This document shows, piece by piece, positions 9,624-17,738 of a stretch of DNA of 64,000 bases. Position 1 is the first letter of the stretch. Every line of letters starts with the position of its first letter. The DNA is taken from NCBI GenBank assembly GCA_016721245.1, contig JADKIQ010000020.1:21694-85693 (forward strand). The letters are read 5' to 3'. The DNA comes from Sphingobacteriales bacterium. GTDB lineage: Bacteria; Bacteroidota; Bacteroidia; Chitinophagales; JADIYW01. The position numbers were made by a program, and so were the translations under genes. The notes under the pieces were generated by a model, which searched no databases, was not told the origin of the DNA, and was given only the letters and a program-made list of their open reading frames with translations.

Positions 9624-9712
9624 TACCTCACCCCAATTCCGACTTTGTCGGAACCACCCCTCTCCATATGGAGAGGGGAAAAGTCGTACGAAGTTCGACT
9701 TGGGGTGAGGTA
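9624..9712. repeat. 89-nt structured palindromic element (four-way junction) in an intergenic region
   Basis: A 12-bp closing stem tacctcacccca/tggggtgaggta encloses three hairpins: ttccgac-ttt-gtcggaa, a perfect 22-nt palindrome cccctctccatatggagagggg (9657-9678), and agtcg-N9-cgact. Confidence 0.85.
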
Positions 9713-9765
9713 AAAGAAAGCATATTTGGACCACTCGTTTAGATTACACCTGTTTTATGGTTTTC

Positions 9766-10803
9766 CTATATCGTTTTCTTTTTTTGTTTCCCAGCGTCTC
9801 TTTCTTTTTTCATGGCATCCAGTTTATCTTTGATTGGCTGGAATGGACCATACTTATGTTGTATTTCCGTGAAGCCATCTGCATACGGACCGAAGGGATG
9901 GTCAAATGGTTTTTCCTCTGTTTTCGGCCAGTCTTTTTTCAGGTCTTTTGAAGGCCTTGGCTGTGAGTTGACGAATGCCGCCAAATCCCAGGCTTCTTCA
10001 TCGCTTAACTGAGTATTCAGGTAACTGGCACCGAAAGGCATATTGTATTTTATATATTTCGCAAAACTCGCCAGTCGGTACAAGCCTGCTCCAATATTGT
10101 AACTGTGTTCGCCCCAAAGCGGCGGATAGGTATACACAATGCCATCTGCGTCTTTAACGCCTTCGCCGTTCAGTTGATGGCAGCTCTGGCATTTTTGCAC
10201 ATACACCATTTTACCTTTTTCAGGATCTGCAGGTCTGTCTAAAAAGGCGATATCCTTAAAACCGGAGCCTGCAGCCTTTTCTCCTTTCGCTACGTCTTTA
10301 CCCAGCCAGTTGATATAGGCAACAATCGCTTTCATTTCCACAGATGAAGAGTCCGGAGCTTTGCCATTCAGACTTCTTTCAAAACAGTCCGTTACACGCT
10401 TTTGAATGTTCTCTTTGGTGCCGGAACGAGGACGGTATTTTGGATAGTTGGCAAATACGGAGCCGTAGTTATTTCCGAAAACTTTAGTGCCGGCATCCAG
10501 ATGACAATTCTGGCAGTTCATGCCATTGGTCGTTTGTGCAACACTTCCTTTTGGGCCTAAATAATAAGCAGTTCTGGAAATCAAATCTTTGCCGTATAGA
10601 ATTGCTTCCCTTTCAGGATTTTTTTCCAACGTGCTTATATCCGGCGCATGCCAGTATTCGGTGCCAGTTGTATCTGCGATGCCCGCCTGAACCGGCAGGT
10701 TTTGTCTGCCCATCTCATCTGATTTGGTAAATACCACATATCCAAACACCCCCAACAGTCCTAAGGAAAACAGGAAAGTATATATAAGTAGTTTGTTGCT
10801 CAT
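9766..10803 (-). CDS. diheme c-type cytochrome, TsdA/SoxA-like (thiosulfate dehydrogenase family)
   Basis: Two CxxCH motifs (CQNCH, CQSCH), an N-terminal membrane anchor, and a conserved-looking Cys in RVTDCFERSLNG about 45 aa after heme 1. The start was moved to the ATG at 10803 (MSNKLLIYTFLF). Confidence 0.65.
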   Translation of the reverse strand: MSNKLLIYTFLFSLGLLGVFGYVVFTKSDEMGRQNLPVQAGIADTTGTEYWHAPDISTLEKNPEREAILYGKDLISRTAYYLGPKGSVAQTTNGMNCQNCHLDAGTKVFGNNYGSVFANYPKYRPRSGTKENIQKRVTDCFERSLNGKAPDSSSVEMKAIVAYINWLGKDVAKGEKAAGSGFKDIAFLDRPADPEKGKMVYVQKCQSCHQLNGEGVKDADGIVYTYPPLWGEHSYNIGAGLYRLASFAKYIKYNMPFGASYLNTQLSDEEAWDLAAFVNSQPRPSKDLKKDWPKTEEKPFDHPFGPYADGFTEIQHKYGPFQPIKDKLDAMKKERDAGKQKKKTI

Positions 10804-10925
10804 AGTACAGAATAAGGTAAGCCCGTTTACTCTAACGGTGTACAATATTACATAATTATAAGTAAAAACTCTATAGACTTACTATATTATTCTGTATCCA
10901 GAGGTGAAAATAGTAGTCAAGGGGC

Positions 10926-11186
10926 TTATGCCTGTTGCATCGCAAAATTGACACTCAGCCAGCTGCCGCCGTTTTCGCAGTTGATACCCTGATCGCGCAG
11001 AAACATCATGGCTTGTCCGCTTCTGTTGCCGGAAGCACAGCATAAGATGACAGGTTGTGGCATTGCCTTTATTTCATCCAGGTGTTGAGGAAGATCCTGC
11101 AGCGGAATATTGATGCTGCCGGCTACATGTCCTCCCATGAACTCACCGTAGCTTCTTACGTCGATAATGGTTTGTTTGTTTTGCAT
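10926..11186 (-). CDS. single-domain rhodanese-like sulfurtransferase
   Basis: 86 aa with the active-site loop CCASGNRSG and a DVRSYGEF..GHVAGSINIP rhodanese fold signature. Confidence 0.85.
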   Translation of the reverse strand: MQNKQTIIDVRSYGEFMGGHVAGSINIPLQDLPQHLDEIKAMPQPVILCCASGNRSGQAMMFLRDQGINCENGGSWLSVNFAMQQA

Positions 11187-11204
11187 GATTTGTTATTTAG
11201 GTGT

Positions 11205-11405
11205 TTAAGTATCATTTTTGTCTTTCTGAAAAATATTCAGAAGTAAACCGCCAAGCAGGGCGCCATAAAGCGTACTATTCAACGGCCTTGAGGTGATGGC
11301 ACAGGTACCGCTGGCACATCCAACATAGTAATAATAGGCAAAGCCTCCGGCTGCACCCAGCAATATTCCTAGCAGGGTGAGTTTGTATTTTAGTATGTAT
11401 TGCAT
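11205..11405 (-). CDS. small two-TM membrane protein with a CASGTC motif (DUF6132-like)
   Basis: The start was chosen at ATG 11405 (MQYILKYKLTLLGILLG...) to avoid overlapping the upstream stop at 11411. The gene is conserved-looking and sits between sulfurtransferase genes. Confidence 0.5.
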   Translation of the reverse strand: MQYILKYKLTLLGILLGAAGGFAYYYYVGCASGTCAITSRPLNSTLYGALLGGLLLNIFQKDKNDT

Positions 11406-11410
11406 AATTT

Positions 11411-12835
11411 TTAGAGTAAAGTGGACGGGCAAACGTAATCCGTAATTTTAAATTTATCTGATTTTTTGATGGCAGCAAAACCGCCGTCCACATCTATCAG
11501 GTTATCATATCCTCTTGCTCTGAGGATAGAAGCAAATATCATAGAGCGATAACCGCCCGCACAATGCACATAATAGGTTTTGTTTTTGTCAATCTGCTGC
11601 ATGCTTTCATTAATGAAATCCAGTGGTGTGTTCAAGGCATTTATAATATGCTCAGAGTCATATTCGCTTTTTTTGCGCACATCCAGAATATTGATGCTTG
11701 CATCTTTTTCTTCAGCAGTTGCAAATTCATCCACACTCACCGATATGATGGAATCCGTTTCTTTTCCAGCATTTTTCCAGGCATCAAAACCGCCGTCCAG
11801 ATAACCGATGGCATGGTCGTAGCCCACACGTGCCAGACGGGTAATTACTTCCTGTTCTTTGCCCGGTGTAGTCACCAGTAATATTTTTTGTTTGATGTCG
11901 GTAATCAAAGTGCCCACCCAAACGGCGAAACTGCCGTCCACTCCGATATTGATGGAGTTGGGAATAAATCCTGCACCGAATTCAGCTGGCTTTCTGGTAT
12001 CCAGAATAATCGCATCCGTTTCGTTGGCAGCCGCTTCAAAGGCATCCGGAGATAAAGCGTGCGTACCTCTGGAAATTACTTCGTCAATGCTGTCATATCC
12101 CTGAATATTCATCAGTACATTTTTAGGGAAATAGCTTGGTGGAGCTACCAGTCCATGTAGTACTTCTTTAATGAACGCTTCTTTGGTTAAGGCAGGATTC
12201 AGTGCGTAATTTGTTTTTTTCTGATTGCCTAAGGTATCTGAGGTTTCCTTACTCATATTTTTACCACATGCACTGCCCGCTCCGTGTGCTGGATAGATAA
12301 TGATGTCATCCGCCAGCGGTATGATTTTATTACGCAGGGAATCATATAAATGAGCAGCCAGTTTTTCTTCCGTTAAATCAGCTACGACATGTTGCGCCAA
12401 ATCCGGTCTTCCCACATCGCCGATGAATAAAGTATCACCGGTAAATAAGGCTGTTTCTTTTCCTGATTCATCTATTAGTAAATAGCAACTGCTTTCCATG
12501 GTATGTCCGGGTGTATGGATGAGTCTGATGCGTGCATTTCCCAGTGTGAACTCTTCACCGTCGTAAGCAATATGGGCGGCAAAACCCGTTTCCATTTTAG
12601 TAGGTCCATAGATGATGGGCGCTTCCACTTTTCTGGATAAATCCACATGGCCGGAAACAAAGTCGGCATGGAAATGTGTTTCAAAAATGTATTTGATTTT
12701 GGCACCTCGTTTTTCTGCCATATCAATATAAGGTTGCACCTCGCGCAGCGGATCTATGATAGCCGCCTCGCCGTTGCTTTCTATGTAATAAGCACCTTGT
12801 GCAAGACATCCGGTATATATTTGTTCTATTTTCAT
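11411..12835 (-). CDS. MBL-fold persulfide dioxygenase fused to two rhodanese domains (CstB-like)
   Basis: The glyoxalase-II/ETHE1-type metal site (ETHFHADFVSGH, HTPGHT) is followed by two rhodanese modules, the last with the catalytic loop CAGGYRS. The start is at ATG 12835 (MKIEQIYTG). Confidence 0.85.
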   Translation of the reverse strand: MKIEQIYTGCLAQGAYYIESNGEAAIIDPLREVQPYIDMAEKRGAKIKYIFETHFHADFVSGHVDLSRKVEAPIIYGPTKMETGFAAHIAYDGEEFTLGNARIRLIHTPGHTMESSCYLLIDESGKETALFTGDTLFIGDVGRPDLAQHVVADLTEEKLAAHLYDSLRNKIIPLADDIIIYPAHGAGSACGKNMSKETSDTLGNQKKTNYALNPALTKEAFIKEVLHGLVAPPSYFPKNVLMNIQGYDSIDEVISRGTHALSPDAFEAAANETDAIILDTRKPAEFGAGFIPNSINIGVDGSFAVWVGTLITDIKQKILLVTTPGKEQEVITRLARVGYDHAIGYLDGGFDAWKNAGKETDSIISVSVDEFATAEEKDASINILDVRKKSEYDSEHIINALNTPLDFINESMQQIDKNKTYYVHCAGGYRSMIFASILRARGYDNLIDVDGGFAAIKKSDKFKITDYVCPSTLL

Positions 12836-12853
12836 AAACATATAATTGTACAG

Positions 12854-12861
12854 CAAAAATA
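12854..12861 (-). promoter_or_regulatory. candidate -7 promoter box (TATTTTTG on the minus strand) for the sulfur operon
   Basis: The forward sequence CAAAAATA is the reverse complement of TAnnTTTG, 19 nt upstream of ATG 12835. It overlaps the alternative upstream ATG, which supports the shorter start. Confidence 0.35.
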
Positions 12862-13065
12862 TACAGTATTAGTAAACTTTTACGCAACTTATGTTACAAA
12901 ACGAATAATAAAAGCATAATGAAATCCTTGTGAGAAAATAGATAGTGTGGTTTTCTGATTATCATAAAAATATTGTAATACATATTTATGATTATATTCG
13001 TTCTGCGGTAAGTATTTTTATAGTTTATTAGTAACATAAATCAAGGTACATTCTTTTTTAAAAGT

Positions 13066-13728
13066 ATGATTTTAAATCTAAAAAAAATACTCAGTTACTT
13101 TTTCGAATTTTCAATAGAAAAAAGACAAAGTGAATTTAGCGGTGAGGTCGTGGTTTCTTTAAGCAAAGGGGAATACATGCTCAGTACACAAAACGCCATT
13201 TACTCTTACGGTAGAAATTATACCTCATTTGGTATGGCATTCAATGCTATCGAGATTCAGCAGCAAAAGATGGAAAGTGTTTTAGTGCTGGGTTTCGGCT
13301 TAGGCAGTGTAGTGGATTTGCTGGAAAATCATCCAACTATAAAAAATATAACAGCGGTAGATGCAGATGCAGTCATTATTGAGTTGGCAAAAAAGTATCT
13401 GCAATCGAATCTGAAAAGCAAAGTAACATATGTATGCGGCGATGCAGAAAAATTTGTGTTAAACGAACAACATCAGTTTGATTTAATTTTGTTTGATGTA
13501 TTTATCGAAGAACTAACACCCATACAGTTTATGCAGCCTGTTTTTTTTACGTCGTTAAAAAAGTTAGTGGCTACAAATGGTATTTTATTGTTTTCAAAAA
13601 TCAATGACTCCTTCAGAAGTAAAATTGAAAACGAGCAGTTTGAAAAAAACTTTTCATCCGTTTTTTCAGAAGCTTTCTCTATTGACGCCAACGGCAATAA
13701 AGTGTTTGCCTGGTACAATAAAGCATAG
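13066..13728 (+). CDS. class I SAM-dependent methyltransferase, spermidine-synthase-like
   Basis: 220 aa with a Rossmann motif VLVLGFGLGSV, AVDADAVIIELAKKY, GDAEKFV and FDLILFDVF. Confidence 0.7.
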   Translation: MILNLKKILSYFFEFSIEKRQSEFSGEVVVSLSKGEYMLSTQNAIYSYGRNYTSFGMAFNAIEIQQQKMESVLVLGFGLGSVVDLLENHPTIKNITAVDADAVIIELAKKYLQSNLKSKVTYVCGDAEKFVLNEQHQFDLILFDVFIEELTPIQFMQPVFFTSLKKLVATNGILLFSKINDSFRSKIENEQFEKNFSSVFSEAFSIDANGNKVFAWYNKA

Positions 13729-13747
13729 TTATCTTGATAAGACCACC

Positions 13748-13772
13748 GTCATTCTGAACTTGTTTCAGAATC
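13748..13772. repeat. short hairpin repeat (gtcattctgaacttgtttcagaatc) between convergent genes; probable bidirectional terminator
   Basis: Stem attctgaa/ttcagaat. A related copy lies at 38880-38902. Confidence 0.6.
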
Positions 13773-13787
13773 CCATGACAAATAAAT

Positions 13788-14540
13788 TTATTTTCTTCTG
13801 AATTCCCTGCGGTGAAGGAATGGCGTTAAGGTTCCTACAAGCGCGCCTACAGCATACCCGGTGATGACATCTGTCCAGTAGTGTTTGCCTGCTTTTACAC
13901 GTGTAATACCTGTCAGTGCAGGAAGTATAGCGGCACCAGTCCACATCAGAGGTTTCCAGCGGGAGTGGGGATGATAATCGGCATATACCATGGCCATAAA
14001 GTAGGTGCTTGCTGCGGTTATAGAGGTATGCCCGGACCAGAAAGAAGACCTTGCATCTTTGCTGCTCTTGTTGCCATTGTCATAATCAGAATACACATAA
14101 GGACGATTCCGTTTAGCTAATTCTTTGGTAAACATCGTCAGTGCAGAGGTCATCGCAAATGTTTCCATCCATATCGGTAATACGGTGTTCCAGTCTTTGC
14201 GGATGTCTTTGTCAATAAATAATAATGCCGGACTTACCATTGCCGTGTATTGAAATACATCACTTGCTATGGCAGAAGCTTTAGAATGCTGGTAGATAGC
14301 ATACCTGTCAAACTTGTTTACATCCGTTGGTTTCAGGTTGCTTAATTCGGTAAATGAAAGTGGCTGCTTTTTTTTGCGTAAAATCAGGCTCGTGGCTCCT
14401 GTACCAAGTGTAATTAACCCAATCGGAATATCTAAACCCAGACGGTATTTATAAACGCTTTGTCTTTTTAATGAATCCTGTGAAAAGGCTTCAAATCCGA
14501 TTGCAAATGCAATAATTAATAAGATATACTTTTTCATCAC
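13788..14540 (-). CDS. PAP2-family phosphatase (membrane/periplasmic)
   Basis: Contains KxxxxxxRP (KELAKRNRPY), SGH (SFWSGHTS) and SRxxxxxHxxxD-like (RVKAGKHYWTDV) motifs. Confidence 0.85.
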   Translation of the reverse strand: MMKKYILLIIAFAIGFEAFSQDSLKRQSVYKYRLGLDIPIGLITLGTGATSLILRKKKQPLSFTELSNLKPTDVNKFDRYAIYQHSKASAIASDVFQYTAMVSPALLFIDKDIRKDWNTVLPIWMETFAMTSALTMFTKELAKRNRPYVYSDYDNGNKSSKDARSSFWSGHTSITAASTYFMAMVYADYHPHSRWKPLMWTGAAILPALTGITRVKAGKHYWTDVITGYAVGALVGTLTPFLHRREFRRK

Positions 14541-14616
14541 GTTAAAATTAGCACAATTTTTGTTTTAAAAATATAAATATCAAACTATAACTTTACATTA
14601 GAGAAAAATGTAGCAT

Positions 14617-15561
14617 ATGAAACATCTGTACACCTTTATTATTTGCTTGTGTTGCGTATCTGTATTTGCTGAAGGAATGCACATCAAAGGTGTGATAAAA
14701 GATATGGATACTCAACAACCCGTCAGCGGGGCTTTTATATTGATAACCTTCTTTAAAGGGGTAGAGTTTTCAGATGTCACGGATTCTCTTGGCCGGTATG
14801 ATATTACAACCAAAACTTTATTTCCTGTAGGGTATTATTCGGTTGAAATTGAAGCAAAAAATTATAATACACGCAGCGGATTTGCAAAAATTCTGAAAGA
14901 GAGTATTTTGGATTTTACAATAAAAAATAAAGACCCCAAAGTGGTTACAGCAGCAGCGCCCCTTATATTGAAGCCCGAACCCGTAAAACCAGTTCTGGAA
15001 GGATATGCAACGAACAATCTTGTTTTTCTCATAGATATTTCATCCTCCATGAATACAGCGGAAAAAATGCCCCTGCTAAAGGAGTCCATAAAATATCTGG
15101 TGAATGAACTACGGCCTACCGACAGAGTGGCAATTCTGACGTTTTCTAATTTTGTGAAAGAGGTATTGCCTTCAACGGCTGCTACAGATAAAGCATTAAT
15201 TACGAAAACAATTGACGGACTGACATTTGGTAGCACCTCACAAGGCGGAGCTGCGCTGGATGTTGCATACAAAACGGCTCTTAAGAATTTTGTGCAAAAA
15301 GGAAACAACCGTATTGTACTTGCCAGCGACGGTATTTTTACTTCCGGTGAAAAGGATTATAAAAAAATGCAACAGGTGATTGAATCCGGATTAGATAAAA
15401 ATATAACCTTGTCTGTATTTTGTTTCGGAAAAAATACGGAGTATGTAAAAACCAAACTTAAGAAACTGACAGCCACTGGAAACGGGAACTTTGCAATAAT
15501 TACCAGTTTAGAAGAAGGAAAACAACATATGCTGGAAGAAGCCAAAGCCGTAAAGAATTAA
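14617..15561 (+). CDS. secreted vWA domain protein with N-terminal carboxypeptidase-regulatory-like domain
   Basis: Has a signal peptide and a MIDAS-type DxSxS motif (LIDISSSMN) within a VWA fold pattern. Confidence 0.75.
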   Translation: MKHLYTFIICLCCVSVFAEGMHIKGVIKDMDTQQPVSGAFILITFFKGVEFSDVTDSLGRYDITTKTLFPVGYYSVEIEAKNYNTRSGFAKILKESILDFTIKNKDPKVVTAAAPLILKPEPVKPVLEGYATNNLVFLIDISSSMNTAEKMPLLKESIKYLVNELRPTDRVAILTFSNFVKEVLPSTAATDKALITKTIDGLTFGSTSQGGAALDVAYKTALKNFVQKGNNRIVLASDGIFTSGEKDYKKMQQVIESGLDKNITLSVFCFGKNTEYVKTKLKKLTATGNGNFAIITSLEEGKQHMLEEAKAVKN

Positions 15562-16151
15562 CTGCAGATAACGATTTTTTTTGTTTCAAAGAATTCTTCT
15601 TCGAATAATTCTTTTAATTCTACAATGCGGATATTTTTTCGGATATGCTGCAGTTCCTCTTTTAAATCTCCGCCTTTCAGGGCAATTATTTTTTTTGGAT
15701 GTTTGTTTTTACTCCAGAAAATAAGGTCGCTCATTTTTGCCACAGCGCGTGTTACTACATAATCCACATCTTCTTTTATATTTTCCGCACGTTCCACCAC
15801 CGCAGTTATATTTTTTAATTGCAAGGCACCAGCAATTTCTTTTACCACTGTAATTTTTTTTGCTATAGAATCTGTTAAAATAAATTTTGTTTCAGGAAAA
15901 AATATAGCTAATGGAATTCCAGGAAAGCCACCACCGGTACCGATATCTAAAACAGTTTCACCTTTTTGAAAAGAAATTACTTTTGCAATGGATAAGGAAT
16001 GCAGTACATGACGCTCATAAAAATTGTCTACATCTTTACGCGAAATCACATTTATTTTTTCATTCCATTCCGTATATAGCGGCAGCAACTGTTCCAGCTG
16101 TTTTAATTGCTCGACAGATATGTCAGGAAAGTATTTTTGTATAATGTCCAA
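15558..16151 (-). CDS. rsmG: 16S rRNA (guanine527-N7)-methyltransferase RsmG
   Basis: Contains YFPDISVEQLKQLEQLLPLYTEWNEKINVISRKD and the SAM motif DIGTGGGFPGIPLAI. The start is placed at TTG 16151. The track ORF extends to 16286 only by reading through a repeat element. Confidence 0.85.
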   Translation of the reverse strand: MDIIQKYFPDISVEQLKQLEQLLPLYTEWNEKINVISRKDVDNFYERHVLHSLSIAKVISFQKGETVLDIGTGGGFPGIPLAIFFPETKFILTDSIAKKITVVKEIAGALQLKNITAVVERAENIKEDVDYVVTRAVAKMSDLIFWSKNKHPKKIIALKGGDLKEELQHIRKNIRIVELKELFEEEFFETKKIVICS

Positions 16152-16180
16152 TGTTTTTTTCTTTAATTTTTTAGTAACGT

Positions 16181-16255
16181 CATTGCGAGGTACGAAGCAA
16201 TCTCTCGATTTTTTGTTAGATTGCTTCACTTCTTCCGAAGTTTCGGAACGCAATG
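16181..16255. repeat. 75-nt structured palindromic element (three-way junction)
   Basis: The outer stem cattgcg/cgcaatg encloses the hairpins gaagcaatct-N14-agattgcttc and ttccgaa-gt-ttcggaa. It lies between the stop of the 16264..17439 gene and the rsmG start. Confidence 0.8.
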
Positions 16256-16263
16256 ATGGTAAG

Positions 16264-17439
16264 CTATTTCGCGTAAGCAAACGCATTATAATTTGCCATC
16301 ACAAAATCCTGGTAACAACGTATCAGTTGTTCTTTAGAGCGTTCTACCATGTCAAATGAATTCGGGAATAACACAGGTGGATTTCCGAGTTTGCTCAATG
16401 TTGCAGCACTCAATGCATCCCTGTTGCCATACACCTGAAAATAAGAATAATCAAAAGCCGCGTTTCCGCTGCATTTTTGATTTTTAATATAATCTTTCGT
16501 CTGCGCATCATAAATAGTAGCATCACCAAAAACCTGAGCAGTTTTATTCATGCGGGTCTCTTTCACCTGACAACTTATCTTAGCATATTTCGGAATTTTA
16601 ATGTCATTACCAAGAGAGTCTTTCTGAACATTCCCTCTGCTGTCCAGCACATACTGCCAACCGTCTTCAATCGTTTTTTCTTCAACCGTGTTCAGTTCTT
16701 TCAGGGCATCCGGTGAAACCTGAATATCGTATAAGTTCAGCTTTACTACATAATCGTACACAACCTTGTCTTTCCTTCTGTAATCAATATTTACCCATTG
16801 ATCTCTTTGTGTCAGTTTTACATTATCTACAATGCTTTGTTCAAAAGAAGGAGGCACCATTAGTGTTGGATTCCTTTCTACTATAAGCAATACGTAATTT
16901 TTTCCCTTAGCCAGTGCCTGATCCATCAGCTCGTTTACGTCTTTATAATTAATATAGAATTTTTTTGACGCAGCAAAATAATCTAAAGACTGGCGGATGG
17001 AACTTTTAACTCCCGAATTTAGCAATTTCACACCTTGATCGTAATAATACTGTGCTGCATTCTGTTTCGATTCTTCTAAAACACTGCTAAAATTAAACGT
17101 TTCAATAATCGCTTCATCGCCATTAGTATAATGCAGCGGCAGTAAGCGTAACACACTATTTTGTCTTGTATTTATTTTCGTGTACATATCAAATATTTCT
17201 TCCCATCGTTCGCCGTTGTTCAGTGATTTTAGTACAGTAATTTGTTGTTTATCTCTGTCAAATGCAGCTTTATAAGATTTTTCAAACATGGAAAGCTCCT
17301 CATCATCAAAATTATTTGTCTTTAAAAATTGGGATATTACACTGTCATAATCCCGGCTTTCAAAGCTTTTTTTGATACTTTGACAGGAAAATATGGTTAT
17401 ACTGAGCAGAAGTATGGATAATTGTCTAAAAAGTTTCAT
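16264..17439 (-). CDS. hypothetical lipoprotein
   Basis: Start at ATG 17439 (MKLFRQLSILLLSITIFSCQS, a lipobox). About 390 aa with no recognisable catalytic motif. Confidence 0.7.
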   Translation of the reverse strand: MKLFRQLSILLLSITIFSCQSIKKSFESRDYDSVISQFLKTNNFDDEELSMFEKSYKAAFDRDKQQITVLKSLNNGERWEEIFDMYTKINTRQNSVLRLLPLHYTNGDEAIIETFNFSSVLEESKQNAAQYYYDQGVKLLNSGVKSSIRQSLDYFAASKKFYINYKDVNELMDQALAKGKNYVLLIVERNPTLMVPPSFEQSIVDNVKLTQRDQWVNIDYRRKDKVVYDYVVKLNLYDIQVSPDALKELNTVEEKTIEDGWQYVLDSRGNVQKDSLGNDIKIPKYAKISCQVKETRMNKTAQVFGDATIYDAQTKDYIKNQKCSGNAAFDYSYFQVYGNRDALSAATLSKLGNPPVLFPNSFDMVERSKEQLIRCYQDFVMANYNAFAYAK

Positions 17440-17706
17440 AGATAATTTTTTGTTGTAAAGCATAATCAATTATGTATATAAAAACCGTACCAAAATAGGA
17501 AAAAATTCACCGTGAACTCAAATAACTTTTTAAAAGTTCCACAATATTTCATGAAAGTCTAAAGAAATGTTAAGCGTACATTAAATTCTTTTTTTTACTG
17601 TTTAACTTCTTTTTCAATCATTCTGATAATCAATAAAATACAATTTATTTAAACTCAATCTAAATAGAGAATTATCAACACTTTATGCGAATTAGCGGTT
17701 GAATAC

Positions 17707-17714
17707 TATATTTG
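17707..17714 (+). promoter_or_regulatory. candidate -7 promoter box TATATTTG upstream of the ACIII operon
   Basis: Exact TAnnTTTG match 25 nt before the actA ATG, at the end of a 270-bp AT-rich intergenic region. Confidence 0.35.
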
Positions 17715-17738
17715 CAACCGAGAAAAATTAGATAAATA

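Noticed and set aside
9624-9712. The cloverleaf-like fold could suggest a tRNA or tmRNA-like gene.
   Set aside because: The arm lengths (12, 7, 11 and 5 bp) and loop sizes (3 and 0-4 nt) do not fit a tRNA. There is no anticodon-type 7-nt loop and no conserved D or T-loop residues. The sequence class matches palindromic repeats.
12961-12992. The inverted repeat ATCATAAA-N16-TTTATGAT in the promoter region of the sulfur operon could be an operator.
   Set aside because: It is an 8-bp AT-only palindrome in very AT-rich DNA, and no regulator gene is adjacent. It is not distinguishable from chance without comparative data.
15558-16286. The track ORF gives RsmG a 45-aa N-terminal extension that overlaps the upstream gene.
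   Set aside because: The extension is the translation of a palindromic repeat element. The conserved RsmG sequence starts at TTG 16151.
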